Assembly (NCBI GenBank): GCA_016618085.1
Contig: JABLTG010000001.1
Span: 124,001-188,000 of the forward strand
Direction of reading: 5' to 3'
Length of the DNA stretch: 64,000 nt
Origin: Neovahlkampfia damariscottae
Lineage: Eukaryota
Part shown: positions 35,683 to 47,797 of the stretch, piece after piece
Layout: the number at the start of each line of letters is the position of its first letter
Position numbering within the stretch: the first letter of the stretch is position 1
Notes under the pieces: generated by a model
Told to the model about the DNA's origin: nothing
Databases searched by the model: none
The model's input: the letters and a program-made list of their open reading frames with translations, nothing else
Translations under genes and position numbers: made by a program

Positions 35683-36885
35683 ATGGTAAAGAGAACCAAC
35701 CGATTTTTAACCCTTTACCTAAATAGTCAACTTCACCATTAAAAGTTTGTATCACAGGAGCAGCTGGACAAATTGGTTACTCTTTACTTCCAAATGTTTG
35801 TAACGGAAATATGTTCGGAGAAAAACAACCAGTCATTGTTCATCTTTTGGAAATTCCACAAGCAGAAAAAGCACTTCAAGGTGTTGTTATGGAACTTCAA
35901 GATGGTGCTTATCCACTTCTCAAAGGAATCGTCGCTACAACAGGTTTTTTATTTTTTATATTTTTAATTTCATTTTTAAAAGATGCTGAAGTTGGTTTTG
36001 ATGATATTGATGTAGGTATGTGATTTTTATTTATATTTAATTATAAAAATCAAAGCTCTTCTCGTAGGTGCTTTTCCAAGACTTCAAGGTAAAAAAAAAG
36101 AAAAAAAATTTAACAACCCCATTAGGTATGGAAAGAAAAGACTTGTTAGAAAAAAATGCAGCTATTTTCAAAAACCATGGTGGTATTTTAAATAAAAAAG
36201 CAAAAAAAACATGCAAAATTGTCGTAGTTGGAAATCCAGCAAACACGTAAAAAAAAAAAAAAAAATTTAACACTTTCATTTTTTTAGAAACTGTTGCATT
36301 TTAAAACAATTTGCACCTGATATTCCATCAGAAAACTTCAGTGCTTTAACAAGATTAGATCATAATAGAGCACTTGCTCAAGTAGCTATTAAATTAGGAG
36401 TTGATTTAAGTTCAGTTCATGATACAATTATTTGGGGTAATCATTCATCAACACAATACCCAGATGTTAATCATGGATATGTTGAAAAAAATGGAAAAAA
36501 ATTATCAATTAGAGAAGCAGTTAATGATGATGAATTTTTAAACACAACTTTCATTTCAACTATTCAAAAAAGAGGTGCTGCAATCATTGAAGCAAGAAAA
36601 CTTTCAAGTGCAATGTCAGCTGCTAAAGCTATTACTGATCATATGAGAAATTGGTTTTTAGGAACAGAAGAAGGTCAAATGATTTCAATGGCCATTCCAT
36701 CAGATGGATCTTATGGAATTGCTAAAGGAATTGTTTACTCATATCCAGTTACAATCAAAGATAAAAAAGTTTCAATTATTCAAAATTTAACTATTGATGA
36801 TTTTTCAAAGAAAAAAATGAAAATTACTGAAGATGAATTATTAAATGAAAAAAAAGTTGCTTTTGAATTTTTAGGAGTTAACTAA
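35683..36885 (+). CDS. MDH1: Cytosolic-type malate dehydrogenase, multi-exon (first coding exon is ATG only)
   Basis: [38 protein letters not shown]. Confidence 0.95.
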
Positions 36886-36907
36886 AATCAATTAAAAATT
36901 TTACATT

Positions 36908-38864
36908 TTACATTGGTCCATTTTTATCAAATGAGAACTCTCTAGATTTTGAACTTCCATTTCTGCAAAATGAAAAAGTTTATTTTCAAATCATCAATCA
37001 GATTCTTCTGTTTTCATTTTTTGTTGTTTATAAAAAGACAACAACAATAGATAACAGAGTAAAAAATAATCATGAAAACTTGGTGTGAAAAAAAAATGAA
37101 TTTTCATCAGTCAAATTCCTTTTTATTTTTCAATTTAAGTGTCTTTTGTATCCTCAAACAAGAGTAAAAATAAATTTCAAAACATTCTAACCAACTTGAT
37201 AAACCAAAAAGGGTCACATAAACAACTCCAGAGATCGATAAAAAGATTATATTTTCTGAGATCACTTGTCCAGCAATGAGAAGTCGACCACCAAAAACAG
37301 AACTAAACCCATACATAGTCAATGCCAACACAGCAACTGCGATAATTACGGAAAGAGCAACCGTTAGCCTTGTGAATTTCAATTTTGTCAAATGAATCAA
37401 TTTTGACATTGGATCTGATTCTATTGTTTTTGATAAAGTGAATGAAATTCGAACGGTAACAATGGATAACAAAGTGAAGATAACAGAAAAAACTAAATGT
37501 TAAAATCAATGAATAAGCTCACTGATATCGAAAGCAAAAAATAATAATCCATAAAGGATGATAAAAACTTTCGATTCGAACGTTCTGGTCATCAGGTAAA
37601 AAATACCAGCAATAAATACAGCAAAAATACATGTTGAAACGGATATAATCAAAAAAATCCTTGTAAATAATTAAAAAAAGGAATAAATGAATACTTGTGT
37701 CGTAGTGATAAATCAGGATCTAAATTTGTGGATTGTGAATAAAAATGAGCCCTAATTTGATTAATTTAGATACATTTCATTTACCATAGTGTAATGATGT
37801 AAAAGAATATCAAAAAGCAACAACATCCTGCAAATAACTCTGTGACAACGATGGTCTTGATTGGTACCACACAATCAATAATGGAGGAGACAAAAGGTAC
37901 AATTGTTTTTATCAATAATATGAATAATATTTGATGTCTCATTGAAAAAATGAATTTGAAATTTCTTTTGAAAATATACATCCTATTATTTCCTTTCACG
38001 TTATTTCTCAATTTCTTGAATTTCTTGATGAACATATAAATCTCCGGAATAAGCATAAATAACAGAAGCAACGAAACTTCAACACTTTTGGTTACCAAAA
38101 TTGTAAAATTCTCTCCAAGAATCCGATAATGTGTCCAATAGAATAATCCAAATTCTACTGAAGTGATCATGAAATTTGAATCCAACAAATAACAAAATGA
38201 ATCATGAAAGAATGGAAATACATTTTCATAATTCATAAAATTACCACAATGATTGTATTGTTGTAAAATTTCTATTGTTTTATTGGAACATGTTCCATTT
38301 TGAATTTTTTCAATAAAGCTTAAAATTTTAGTTGAATTTATGGAATTTTACAACGTATCATTTAGAGTTTGTTCGCATATTAGACAATACTAATAATATT
38401 AATACAGATTTTTTTTTAAATACTGATAAAATGCTCAATTCAATGTCTTCATGATTTGTTGTGTTAAATTGTTTCGTTTCATTGATGCTGAGTTGATGGT
38501 AAGTTGAATTACAAAAATATTGATCACAAAAGTTACTTTTTAAAAAATCGTCTCTTCTGGTCTTCAATAAGACAGATGTGGAATAGTTACATAAATTTAT
38601 AGTATCATGAATTCCAACTGATCTCATAGGACCAAACTTTTCCGAATATGAAGGTTCCCATAGAAAATTTGAAGGTTGAAGATAAAAAGTTGGCTCAAAA
38701 GTTAGAATTAACTTTTAACTTACAGTTTTTGGTTTGTTGAATTTGGAGAGTCGAGAACTATGTCTTGTCGATCTAGTTCCTAGATTCACAATATTCGGAA
38801 TCAGATATCCAGAGGCAACGGTAATGGTTAACAAAAGCAACAGTGTGAAAAGTATTCTCTGCAT
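36908..38864 (-). CDS. Signal peptide + extracellular domain + multi-pass TM protein (receptor-like), multi-exon
   Basis: Signal MQRILFTLLLLLTITVASG; Cys-containing ectodomain exons; several hydrophobic helices at 37050-38100; 3' end approximate. Confidence 0.6.
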
Positions 38865-39301
38865 TTATGAACAATCTGATTGGCAATTGTTAACTCTAAA
38901 TTAGGTAATTTTTATTGCCGAATGCAATTATTTTAGAAGGTTCTACTGACATTCAGCTGCAAAAATAAAAAGCAAGATCGAATTATATATATATAAATAT
39001 AAGATAAACAATGAATCAGCACTCAAACATCAACACTTATAATTTTGATGGCTTTCTATCATTTTTTACAAAGCACTTATTTATTTTCTTTCCTCTTTAA
39101 AAGTTAAAAATGGAAACAAAGCATATATTTTTATTCATTCAAATCATTACCAACGGACAACTTTCTTCTTATTGGCTTATGGTTTTGATTGAATCAGATT
39201 TGGTTTTTTCTGTTGCCAAAATAAAATGAATTGGAAGGTTGTCCGTTCAACCTCAAAGATAAAAGGACCAATGATTTGATTGTTTTGACATCAACAAACA
39301 C

Positions 39302-40654
39302 ATGAATCAGTACTCAAACATCAACACATATCGTTCACAATTAGCTTGGCTCTTCACAAAAAACACATCTGAAACTGAAGAAATTAAAATAACAAAAACA
39401 AAAGAAAATGAATTAGAGATTGAACACTCAAATCTATCTGTTGAAGCATTTTTTAAATATTTTAACATTCAACAAAGAATTGATAAGATAAATTTGACAA
39501 ACTTATTCATCAAAAAAATTTTAATTGCTGAAGAAACTCAAGTCACTCAAATCTCTTTGGTTCTTTGGAACAAAAACTATCAAATTCCTGGTCAAAATTT
39601 ATTTACTTCACTGGATCAAATAGACATTTTAATGGAAAGTAATGAAGTTCCAAAGAAATTGGAAGTTTCATTTACTGTTTACAAAGAGAATTTTCAATTC
39701 AATTTCAAAACAAGTATCGATGGAAATTTTAAAGGAGAAGCTTTAAATTTGAAATCCAAACCTGTACATTTTCAATCATATCAAGAGATTATTGATTTAG
39801 GTTTATGCAACAAAAAATCACTGCTCCTTTCGAACATGAAATTTTCAGAAGGTATTAATATCTCTCTACACGGAAGTTGTGTCTTTGGAAAATTACAAGT
39901 TAGTGAGATATCACTGGAACCAAACCAAAATTTTCAATTTAAGGATTTAAAGTGCACATTAAAATCAGGGACACTATCAGAAAATTCAAATGAAATTATA
40001 GCTCAAATGAATGGGACACATCATCATCAAAGTGACATCAGATTTATAGAAGAAGGAGATTCACTCAAATCTACTCATATGAATTGTCTTTTCAATTCAA
40101 ATGAGTTAATGAACAATGAGCATTTTTTCCACAATCAAAGAACATTTGAAAAAGTATCGTTTCCAAGATATATGAACACAAATTATGATAGATATTTAGA
40201 TTTTCAATTAATTTACGACAACAATTGCCAAGTCATTCATTCATCAATTGGCATAACAAAAATTTGGGTTACTGATCGAATCAACTTTGAAATACTAAAA
40301 ATTAATGAAAAATCCTTTGAAGTTAAACTTAATTGGAACACTTATTTCTCAAAGGATATCACATTTTCATTGAACGAGATAACAGGAGAATTGAAGCCAA
40401 CAACATTGATAAGAAATTCAGAAACAAGAATTGAAAGAGCATTTGTTGATTTTGAAACGAATTTTTTGAAATTAAGTGGTATTTATAAAGATTCTGATGA
40501 TCATGTGATCATGATTCCTTTACACAAAAGAGATGTTCCTCAAATGTTTATCAACAATAATTTCAATTCAATGTTTGATGAACATATTGATTTTGAGTAT
40601 TTGAACCTCAGTAAAGTTGGTAAATTACATAATGCTCAATTCAAATTTCAATAA
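39302..40654 (+). CDS. Hypothetical protein (450 aa); may continue into the 40672-40980 ORF
   Basis: Long ORF, no family recognised. Confidence 0.6.
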   Translation: MNQYSNINTYRSQLAWLFTKNTSETEEIKITKTKENELEIEHSNLSVEAFFKYFNIQQRIDKINLTNLFIKKILIAEETQVTQISLVLWNKNYQIPGQNLFTSLDQIDILMESNEVPKKLEVSFTVYKENFQFNFKTSIDGNFKGEALNLKSKPVHFQSYQEIIDLGLCNKKSLLLSNMKFSEGINISLHGSCVFGKLQVSEISLEPNQNFQFKDLKCTLKSGTLSENSNEIIAQMNGTHHHQSDIRFIEEGDSLKSTHMNCLFNSNELMNNEHFFHNQRTFEKVSFPRYMNTNYDRYLDFQLIYDNNCQVIHSSIGITKIWVTDRINFEILKINEKSFEVKLNWNTYFSKDITFSLNEITGELKPTTLIRNSETRIERAFVDFETNFLKLSGIYKDSDDHVIMIPLHKRDVPQMFINNNFNSMFDEHIDFEYLNLSKVGKLHNAQFKFQ

Positions 40655-41209
40655 ACTTTGTAAATATTCAAATGTTTTTTAATACCAATCAAAAACATTT
40701 TCTATGGAGACTTTTGGTGATGTGGAAAAGCGAATCACAAAGATTTATTCTTGTGATCCATTTCTTCATTATTTTGGAAGAATTAAAACAACTTTCAATT
40801 ATTTCTACTTCCTCTTCAAATATAATTTCATTTGAAGATCATCAATACGAAGATTTAGAGTCAGAGATGGAAACTTTAATTTTTGGAATGAGTCTTAAAC
40901 AAAAATATCGAATCTTAAAGAATATCAAACAATCAAAAGAACCAAAATTAAACAAAGTTTCAATCTCTTATTCCACTTAATAAATATTTGACAACTGAGT
41001 TCTTTTTCAGTTTTTGACAAGTCAAAAAGTTGTTCGAAATCATGTGATTTAAAATAAAGATATTTTTTCGATTATTTTCAATATTTTCATCTTGTGGTTC
41101 ATTTTCGATGATCAAACTCCACAAACTCTGTTTACAAAATAAAAACTTTTTTTTGAGATTCAAATTTTTGAGTTTATTAAGTGATATAACAAGTTATCTA
41201 GTTTTTCAT

Positions 41210-41803
41210 TTAATGATTCATTTTCAATTTATTGTTCATTCTTTCATTCAAATTTATCTGTTCATAAATTTCTTCATTGCTATCAATAAAAGGAAGTGAT
41301 TTCCAAGTAATTAGATAAGTATTCAAAATAAAAACATTCTCATTCTCGTTCAAAGAATAAAAAAGAATTTCTTTCGTTTCTTGTTCTTGTTCCAAATTTT
41401 CATAAAATTTTTCCATGAACGAGATGTAATCAAAATCATTCAACTGACAATTAAAATCACCTTTTGATTCATTTAAACCTTTTAGTCGTTTTGAATTCTC
41501 AATCAAATTTTTCATTTCCAACAGATCTTTGTTCACTTTTTTTTTGTTTGTTAATTTTTTTTTCTTACTTATTTTTAAATTGGAGAATAATTTTGAATGT
41601 ATTTTTTCTAAACTCAATATATTTTCAATTTGTTTTTCTGATTTTTTTTCTGTAATTTTATTTACAAGTGAAATGTAATTTTGAAAATTTTCGAATCCTT
41701 TTCTGTGATTTTTCATCCAATTTTCTTTTCTGTTCAATTTTAAAGGGATTTTTTCTTACAGTGAATTGAATTCTTCATAATTTTTTTTTGTGAAGTTGAG
41801 CAT
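41210..41803 (-). CDS. Small coiled-coil protein, possibly C1orf109/AIRIM-like
   Basis: ATG at 41803 with GATTGG at 41817; short introns; C-terminal YLITWKSLPFID motif. Confidence 0.45.
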
Positions 41804-42359
41804 GTTTCAAGAGCCTGATTGGTTAATTGAAGAATTGAAGAAAATTAAAGTTGTGGAGTCATGAATGACGTTGTTCAATTAATTGTTGAAACAACAATAA
41901 AACTTCAACAAATTTCAACGAAGCTAGAACAAAGGATCTGAAAACGAAACAATAACATTTCAACTGCAATTTCTTGATTATTTTCTTCATTCCAAATGTG
42001 TTTATTTCCATTCCACCCTGTCACCATTGAACAATTGCTAGAAAAAGAAATTTTCCTTTTTTGAATGTGAACAATTAAAAATTTCGTTTTTTTGATAAAT
42101 AAATAATTTTAATCAAAAAGATTATTCTAAAAGAACCTAATTCCTGATTATAATACTTTTTTTGAACGTTCAAAGTTTTGAAGTTTTTTGTTTTGTTTCT
42201 GAATTCATCACTTGAAAAATAATCAAAGACAACTCATTTAAATTCTTGACATCAATTTCTGTTCTCTTTTCTAATGAATTTCGATTTACTTTTTTCCTTC
42301 CGATTCTTTCCTTGTTCATCAAATACCAAAAAAAAAAAAAATTATCCAATAAAAATGTT

Positions 42360-43555
42360 TTATTTTTTTGTTAATGATTTTAAAAGGGATTGATAATGAT
42401 CCGCTTTTTCATTTCCTGATTTTTTAGATTCAATTGCTAAAACTTCATATGTCAAATAATTTGGTTCAACATTTGATTTTTCCATCTCTTTCAAATATTC
42501 ATCAACTTTTTCAAAATTTTGTTTTTTCGCAAATGAATGAAGAATTGTATTAAAAAATATAACATCTAATTGTTGATTATCTTTTACTTCATTAAATAAC
42601 TTTTCTGCTTTTTCAATTTTTTGATTGATCAAATATCCTCTCAATAAAGATGAAAAACAAATAATATTTGGAGATAATCTTTCTTTTTTCATTTTGATAA
42701 TTAATTCTTCTGCTTTTTCAATTTTTCCAAATTTTGAATAAATATTAATCATCATTGAATAACTAACCATATCAAGTTTGATTAAATTTTTCAACATTTT
42801 GTTAAAATATTTTTCTGCATTATCTAAATCATCCATTTGATTTGCAAAACCATTAATTATAATTCCATAGGTTTTTTGATCAGGTTCAACACATTCTTTA
42901 ATCATTTTTTTATAAACTTCTTCTGCTTGTGTTAAATATCCATTTGAACATAATCCAGTGAGAATCATGTTATAAAATTTCAAATTTAAACTTGAGTCTT
43001 CTTCAAATTCTGAAAAATTTTTTTGTAAGTTTTCAATTTTTTCGATTTGATTGACTAAAAAGTTAAAAAAAAAAAAACTTTACCTTTTGAGTATCCATAT
43101 AACATTGAACCAAATATTTGAATTCCAGGTTGATACTTTTCTAACATTTCTTCAAATAATTTTTCCGCATTTTCCATTTCACCTCTTTTTGAATATAAAT
43201 CAATAATGATGCCATAAATGATTGGATTTAATTGATCATTCTTTTTTAACACTTCATAAATTTCTTGTACTTTTTCTAAATTTTTTGTGTTGGTGTAACC
43301 TTTCATTAACATTGAATAATTAGCTGTGTTCAAAGGAATATTTTTTGATTTTAAAAATGAAAGTATGTTTTCATTTTTATTGACATGAAGTGCAGATGAA
43401 TATCCGTTGAACATTTTTGAGACTTCAACTACTGTTGGTGTTTTTTTCAACTCGATTGTTTTTTTGTATATTTTTTCTGCTATGTTGTATTTTTCTTTTA
43501 TAGCTGAACGATTTTCTTGAATTTTTTTCAATGGAAGTCTCGCAAATTGTTTCAT
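42360..43555 (-). CDS. Pentatricopeptide repeat (PPR) protein, 2 exons
   Basis: Canonical ~35-aa repeats (YNMILTGLCSNGYLTQAEEVYKKMIKECVEPD). Confidence 0.9.
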
Positions 43556-43632
43556 TTTTTATGTATCTTCAAATTTTTTAAAAAACAACAACTATTGGTG
43601 GAACAATTTCAACCAATAAAAATGCTTAATTT

Positions 43633-44569
43633 TTATTTCTTTTTTTCATAACTTTTAACATATTTTTCAATTTTTCCTTTTAAATCTGTTAATTTTGAAT
43701 GTAAATCTAAATATAATGATTTTGCTTCTTTAATGTCTGCAAATGATTTTTCAATTTGAGAACTAATCATTTTTTTAAAAAGTTGATCTTTTTCTTGATC
43801 CAATTTAACACCAAGTTCTTTAACAGTTTTTGATCCTAATTCTATTTTTTCATTCACTTTTTGATAAACTGGATGTATTTCTCTGAAAACGATTTTCGAA
43901 TTTTTATACTGCTCATAACTCGTAATTTCATTTGGAAAATCTTTTTCAATCAATATTTCTTGTAACTCAGACTTTAATTCTTTTGATAAAATAGGTTCAT
44001 ATGTCGTTGGCTTTGACGGTTTTGATACTTTTGACGGCTTTTCAACACTTTTTAAAATTAAAAAACATTCCATTTTGCAAACCTGACAGTTTTCTGTTTT
44101 TTTGAATTCTCTTCTCCTTTTCTTTGAATAGGATTTATTTTTCTTTTTTTTTCATTGACCAATACAGTTTCACTTGTCTTTAAATTTGATTTAACAGTTT
44201 GTTCTTTTATTCTTTTTGATTGTGAATCTGTAATAGATGATTTAAGTGACATTAATTTATTGGTTACAACACCAACTTGTTGAAAAGAATTTTCATAATT
44301 ATTAACATGATAGTAATCAGTACATTCTTGTGAATGTATTCGAAAATTTGATTCAAAATTATTAATAACAAGTTTGAATTCCTTAAAAGAATTTAAATAT
44401 TTTTCTTTGTGTTTTTTACATCTTCTGATACTCTGGTTATTTTTATTTTTTTTGAATTTTCTAAAATTAAATTTTCCATTTCTTTTGTCATTCTAATTGC
44501 AAAAGTTTGATGCGTATTTGAACTATTTTTTAATCTTATGTTGAAATTTCCTTCAAGTTTATTCGTCAT
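43633..44569 (-). CDS. ELL-like elongation factor (C-terminal occludin/ELL domain), multi-exon
   Basis: C-terminus EITSYEQYKNSKIVFREIHPVY...LHSKLTDLKGKIEKY fits the Occludin_ELL pattern. Confidence 0.6.
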
Positions 44570-44640
44570 TTCTACTTGTCTGTTTTCGTTGGTTTAAAAT
44601 TAAAACGATTTTTATTGGTTTAAAAAAACATTCAAATTTA

Positions 44641-46384
44641 TTAAAAATCATATGGATTTTCATATTCTTCCAATACAATACCAGCTGTTAATGCTTCATC
44701 TTTCTTTTCTTCTAAATATTTAAAATTTCTATTGATGTAAAGGAATAAAAATAAAAATAAAACTACAAGAAAAGCAAAGAACAAAAATTCATACACCTGT
44801 TTGAAAATTAAGTGTTTTGGTAATATAGGTAAATCTGCAATTAAAACAACTAATAAATTTCCAGTTGCAATTGTCAAATTGTTGACTGCTGCCATCACTC
44901 CTTTCATTGAAGCAGGAGCCTGGGAATATGCACTTTTTGAATTTAGTGTGAAAAAAAAATTGGATTTACAATTCGAGAGATGAAATAGATACTAAAATTT
45001 CAGCAAAACACATTATCAAATATTGTGGAATTTGAAATGCAACATGAATTTGATGTGGATATAAATCAACAAAATATTCTACTACTGCTGCACAAATAAA
45101 TGAAAGAGCTGCAAAAATGAAACCAACTGCCATTCTTCTCAATGGTTTAAAATCATACTATTTTCAAAAATTAACGTTAGTTTGTTGAATTACAAATTTT
45201 CTAATGATTGGATAGACAATATAATCAAAAAAGGGAACCATTGTGATAATGAATATAGAGTTCAACATTGTGACTTGACCCGAGTCGAATGTATAACTAC
45301 CTACTGTTCTGTTCATTTTTTCTGCTTGAAATACCCATCTTGTTCCATATTGATCATAGAGAGCCCTTTTAAAAATTTTACATTGAAAAAGTTATACCAA
45401 AAAATGAATAATGGGAAAATTGAATAAGTCAAACTCATACTAACTTTGAAGTCATCTACAATTTTATCATCATATTTTGTTTTAGCTTTATCCATCCAAT
45501 GAGTAGCTGGAATATCAGAGTTTCTATTTCTGAATGCTGTGAAGACAACTTTGACAAATAAAACTAATAAATTGTTTTTAGTTGGTGGTACATGTTTATA
45601 AGCTTTATAACCAACTGAAAAAATGATTGTTGCAATAATCAAAACAGCTGCAGGTGTCGCACTACAAAAAATTAATTTTGAAAATTTCAATTACAAAGCA
45701 ATTGCATAACCAGCATACTGCATTATCAATGGCGTTAAAAAAGCAGAAATTGTACTTCCTGTATTGATGCACATATAATAAATAGCAAAATAGGATGTTA
45801 ATAATTTTGGGTTTGGATTTTCTCCAAATTGATCACCACCGAATGAACTAACACAAGGTTTTATCCCACCTGTACCAAGACTAACTAATAATAAACCTAA
45901 TAGAATACCCCACCAGTGAGGTGGATATCCTGTTACTCCTGGAATCGCTGTGATTGATATAATGCTCTGTCCCAGACAGTACACGATTGATAATGAAAAA
46001 ATAGTCCAATACTTTCCAAGGTAGCCATCTGCTACTAAACCACCAAATATTGGTGATAGATATGAAAGAAAAATAAAAGCATGAACCATCAATGTTGATG
46101 TGTCTTCTGTGAATTTCAAAAATTTGACCAAGTAAAGTGCTAAAATTGCTTTGAAACCTTGTTTTTTTTTCCATTAATATTGTTTTTAATTTACCATAAA
46201 AACAATAACGTTCTCCAAATTCATTTGCAAAAATAAACCAAACTGAAAAAGGAAAATCAGCACAGTAGAGATATTTTGAACGAAAAGATTCTTTTGTTTC
46301 TTTTTCGTTAGGTTTATTCAAATCATTCTCAAAATTACTTTCTTCTCCAGAAATCACTCCTACTGAATCCTCTTCTTCTTCCAT
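44641..46384 (-). CDS. POT/PTR2 (SLC15) proton-dependent oligopeptide transporter, multi-exon
   Basis: NEFGERYCFYG (ExxER), GGLVADGYLGKY, GTGGIKPCVSSFGGDQF, FWALYDQ after splicing. Confidence 0.94.
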
Positions 46385-46447
46385 TTTTCAACCAATAAGA
46401 AAAAAATAAAAAAATAATTGTTGATGAAACCTTTTTTTTTCAAATTT

Positions 46448-46885
46448 TTATTTTTTTGTTGAACATTTAAAACAAGCATCTCTTGAAGCATAATTTAAAA
46501 AATCACATTTTGGACAATTCCAATCACCTGGTTTAGTTTTTTGTTGAACTGGATTTTCATTTTCATTAGAACACTTAAAACAAATGTCTCTTGAAGCATA
46601 ATTTTGAAAAGAACATTTTGAACAGGTCCAATCACCATAAACTACTTTTTTGGTTGTTTGAATCATTTCAGTTGTTTTTTTTGTATCACACTCTTTACAT
46701 GTATCTCTTGAAGCAAAATTTAAATAATCACATTTTGAACATTTCCAATCACCTGGCAAAATTTTGGAAGTTTGAAAAGATGTTTTTTTTAAAGTTGAAC
46801 ATTGTTTACATTCGTTTCTTGAGGCATAATTTGAGAATCTACATTTTGGACATTTCCAATCACCTGGTAAAAATTTTTTGCTCAT
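46448..46885 (-). CDS. Protein with four RanBP2-type zinc fingers
   Basis: Four GDWxCxKCxFxNYASRxxCxxC repeats. Confidence 0.92.
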   Translation of the reverse strand: MSKKFLPGDWKCPKCRFSNYASRNECKQCSTLKKTSFQTSKILPGDWKCSKCDYLNFASRDTCKECDTKKTTEMIQTTKKVVYGDWTCSKCSFQNYASRDICFKCSNENENPVQQKTKPGDWNCPKCDFLNYASRDACFKCSTKK

Positions 46886-46948
46886 GTCTATATTTCCACT
46901 ACCGTTACTTTTTATTCTGTTTGGTTGAAGCAATTTTAACCAATTAAA

Positions 46949-47797
46949 ATGATTTTTAATACAAAACATCCTGATGTGAGATTTAGGTGGAGGAATATAG
47001 CAGCTGAGTATTTAGGTACTTTATTGTTAGTTTATATATCAACAAACACTTTTGTTGCATGGACAACATTTGAAAAATCTCAAAGATTTTTAGTTTATGG
47101 TTTAACTCAAGGCTTGACGTTAAGCGTTTTGGTTCATATTTTTATATCAATATCAGGTGCTCATTTTAATCCTGCTATTACAATTTCAACTGTTATCACA
47201 AGATATGTTGGTAAGAAAAAAAAATTAAAAAATTCTTTAAAGGTTTACTGGAAGGATCATTGTATATTATTTCTCAAATTCGTAGATATTTATTATTTTT
47301 TTAATTTATTTCTAGTTGGTGCTGTGTCAGGTTCTGCTCTGACAATTTTATCTCAACCATACGGACATTTACAAGAACATGGTTCATTGGGTGCTTGTTT
47401 TCCAATTGCTTCGCAGACATTTCCAAAAGTAACTCCAATTGGAATGGGAAGAGCATTTATAATAGAATTTATGACAACTTTATTGTTATGTTTGACTTAT
47501 TTTGGTAGTTTTTATAAATCAAAACATTTGTCAAATGAAACTGGATTGGATTCAATAACAAAATTATTTTCACATATTTCAATAGGTTTTGTAATGATAA
47601 TTGGAACGTTTACCGGATTACCAACTGGTGGTTGCATGAATCCTGCTCGTGCATTTGCATCTGAATTAATATCAATGTCTTGGAATATCAATTCATGGAT
47701 TTATTATATTGCACCTCTTTTAGGTTCATTAGTTGGTGCCATTGTATATGAATTCATTTTAACAAAACCAAAGAAAAGTTATGTTCAAATTAAATAG
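46949..47797 (+). CDS. Aquaporin / MIP channel, with short introns
   Basis: Two NPA motifs (SGAHFNPA, GGCMNPAR); AEYLGT. Confidence 0.92.
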   Translation: MIFNTKHPDVRFRWRNIAAEYLGTLLLVYISTNTFVAWTTFEKSQRFLVYGLTQGLTLSVLVHIFISISGAHFNPAITISTVITRYVGKKKKLKNSLKVYWKDHCILFLKFVDIYYFFNLFLVGAVSGSALTILSQPYGHLQEHGSLGACFPIASQTFPKVTPIGMGRAFIIEFMTTLLLCLTYFGSFYKSKHLSNETGLDSITKLFSHISIGFVMIIGTFTGLPTGGCMNPARAFASELISMSWNINSWIYYIAPLLGSLVGAIVYEFILTKPKKSYVQIK

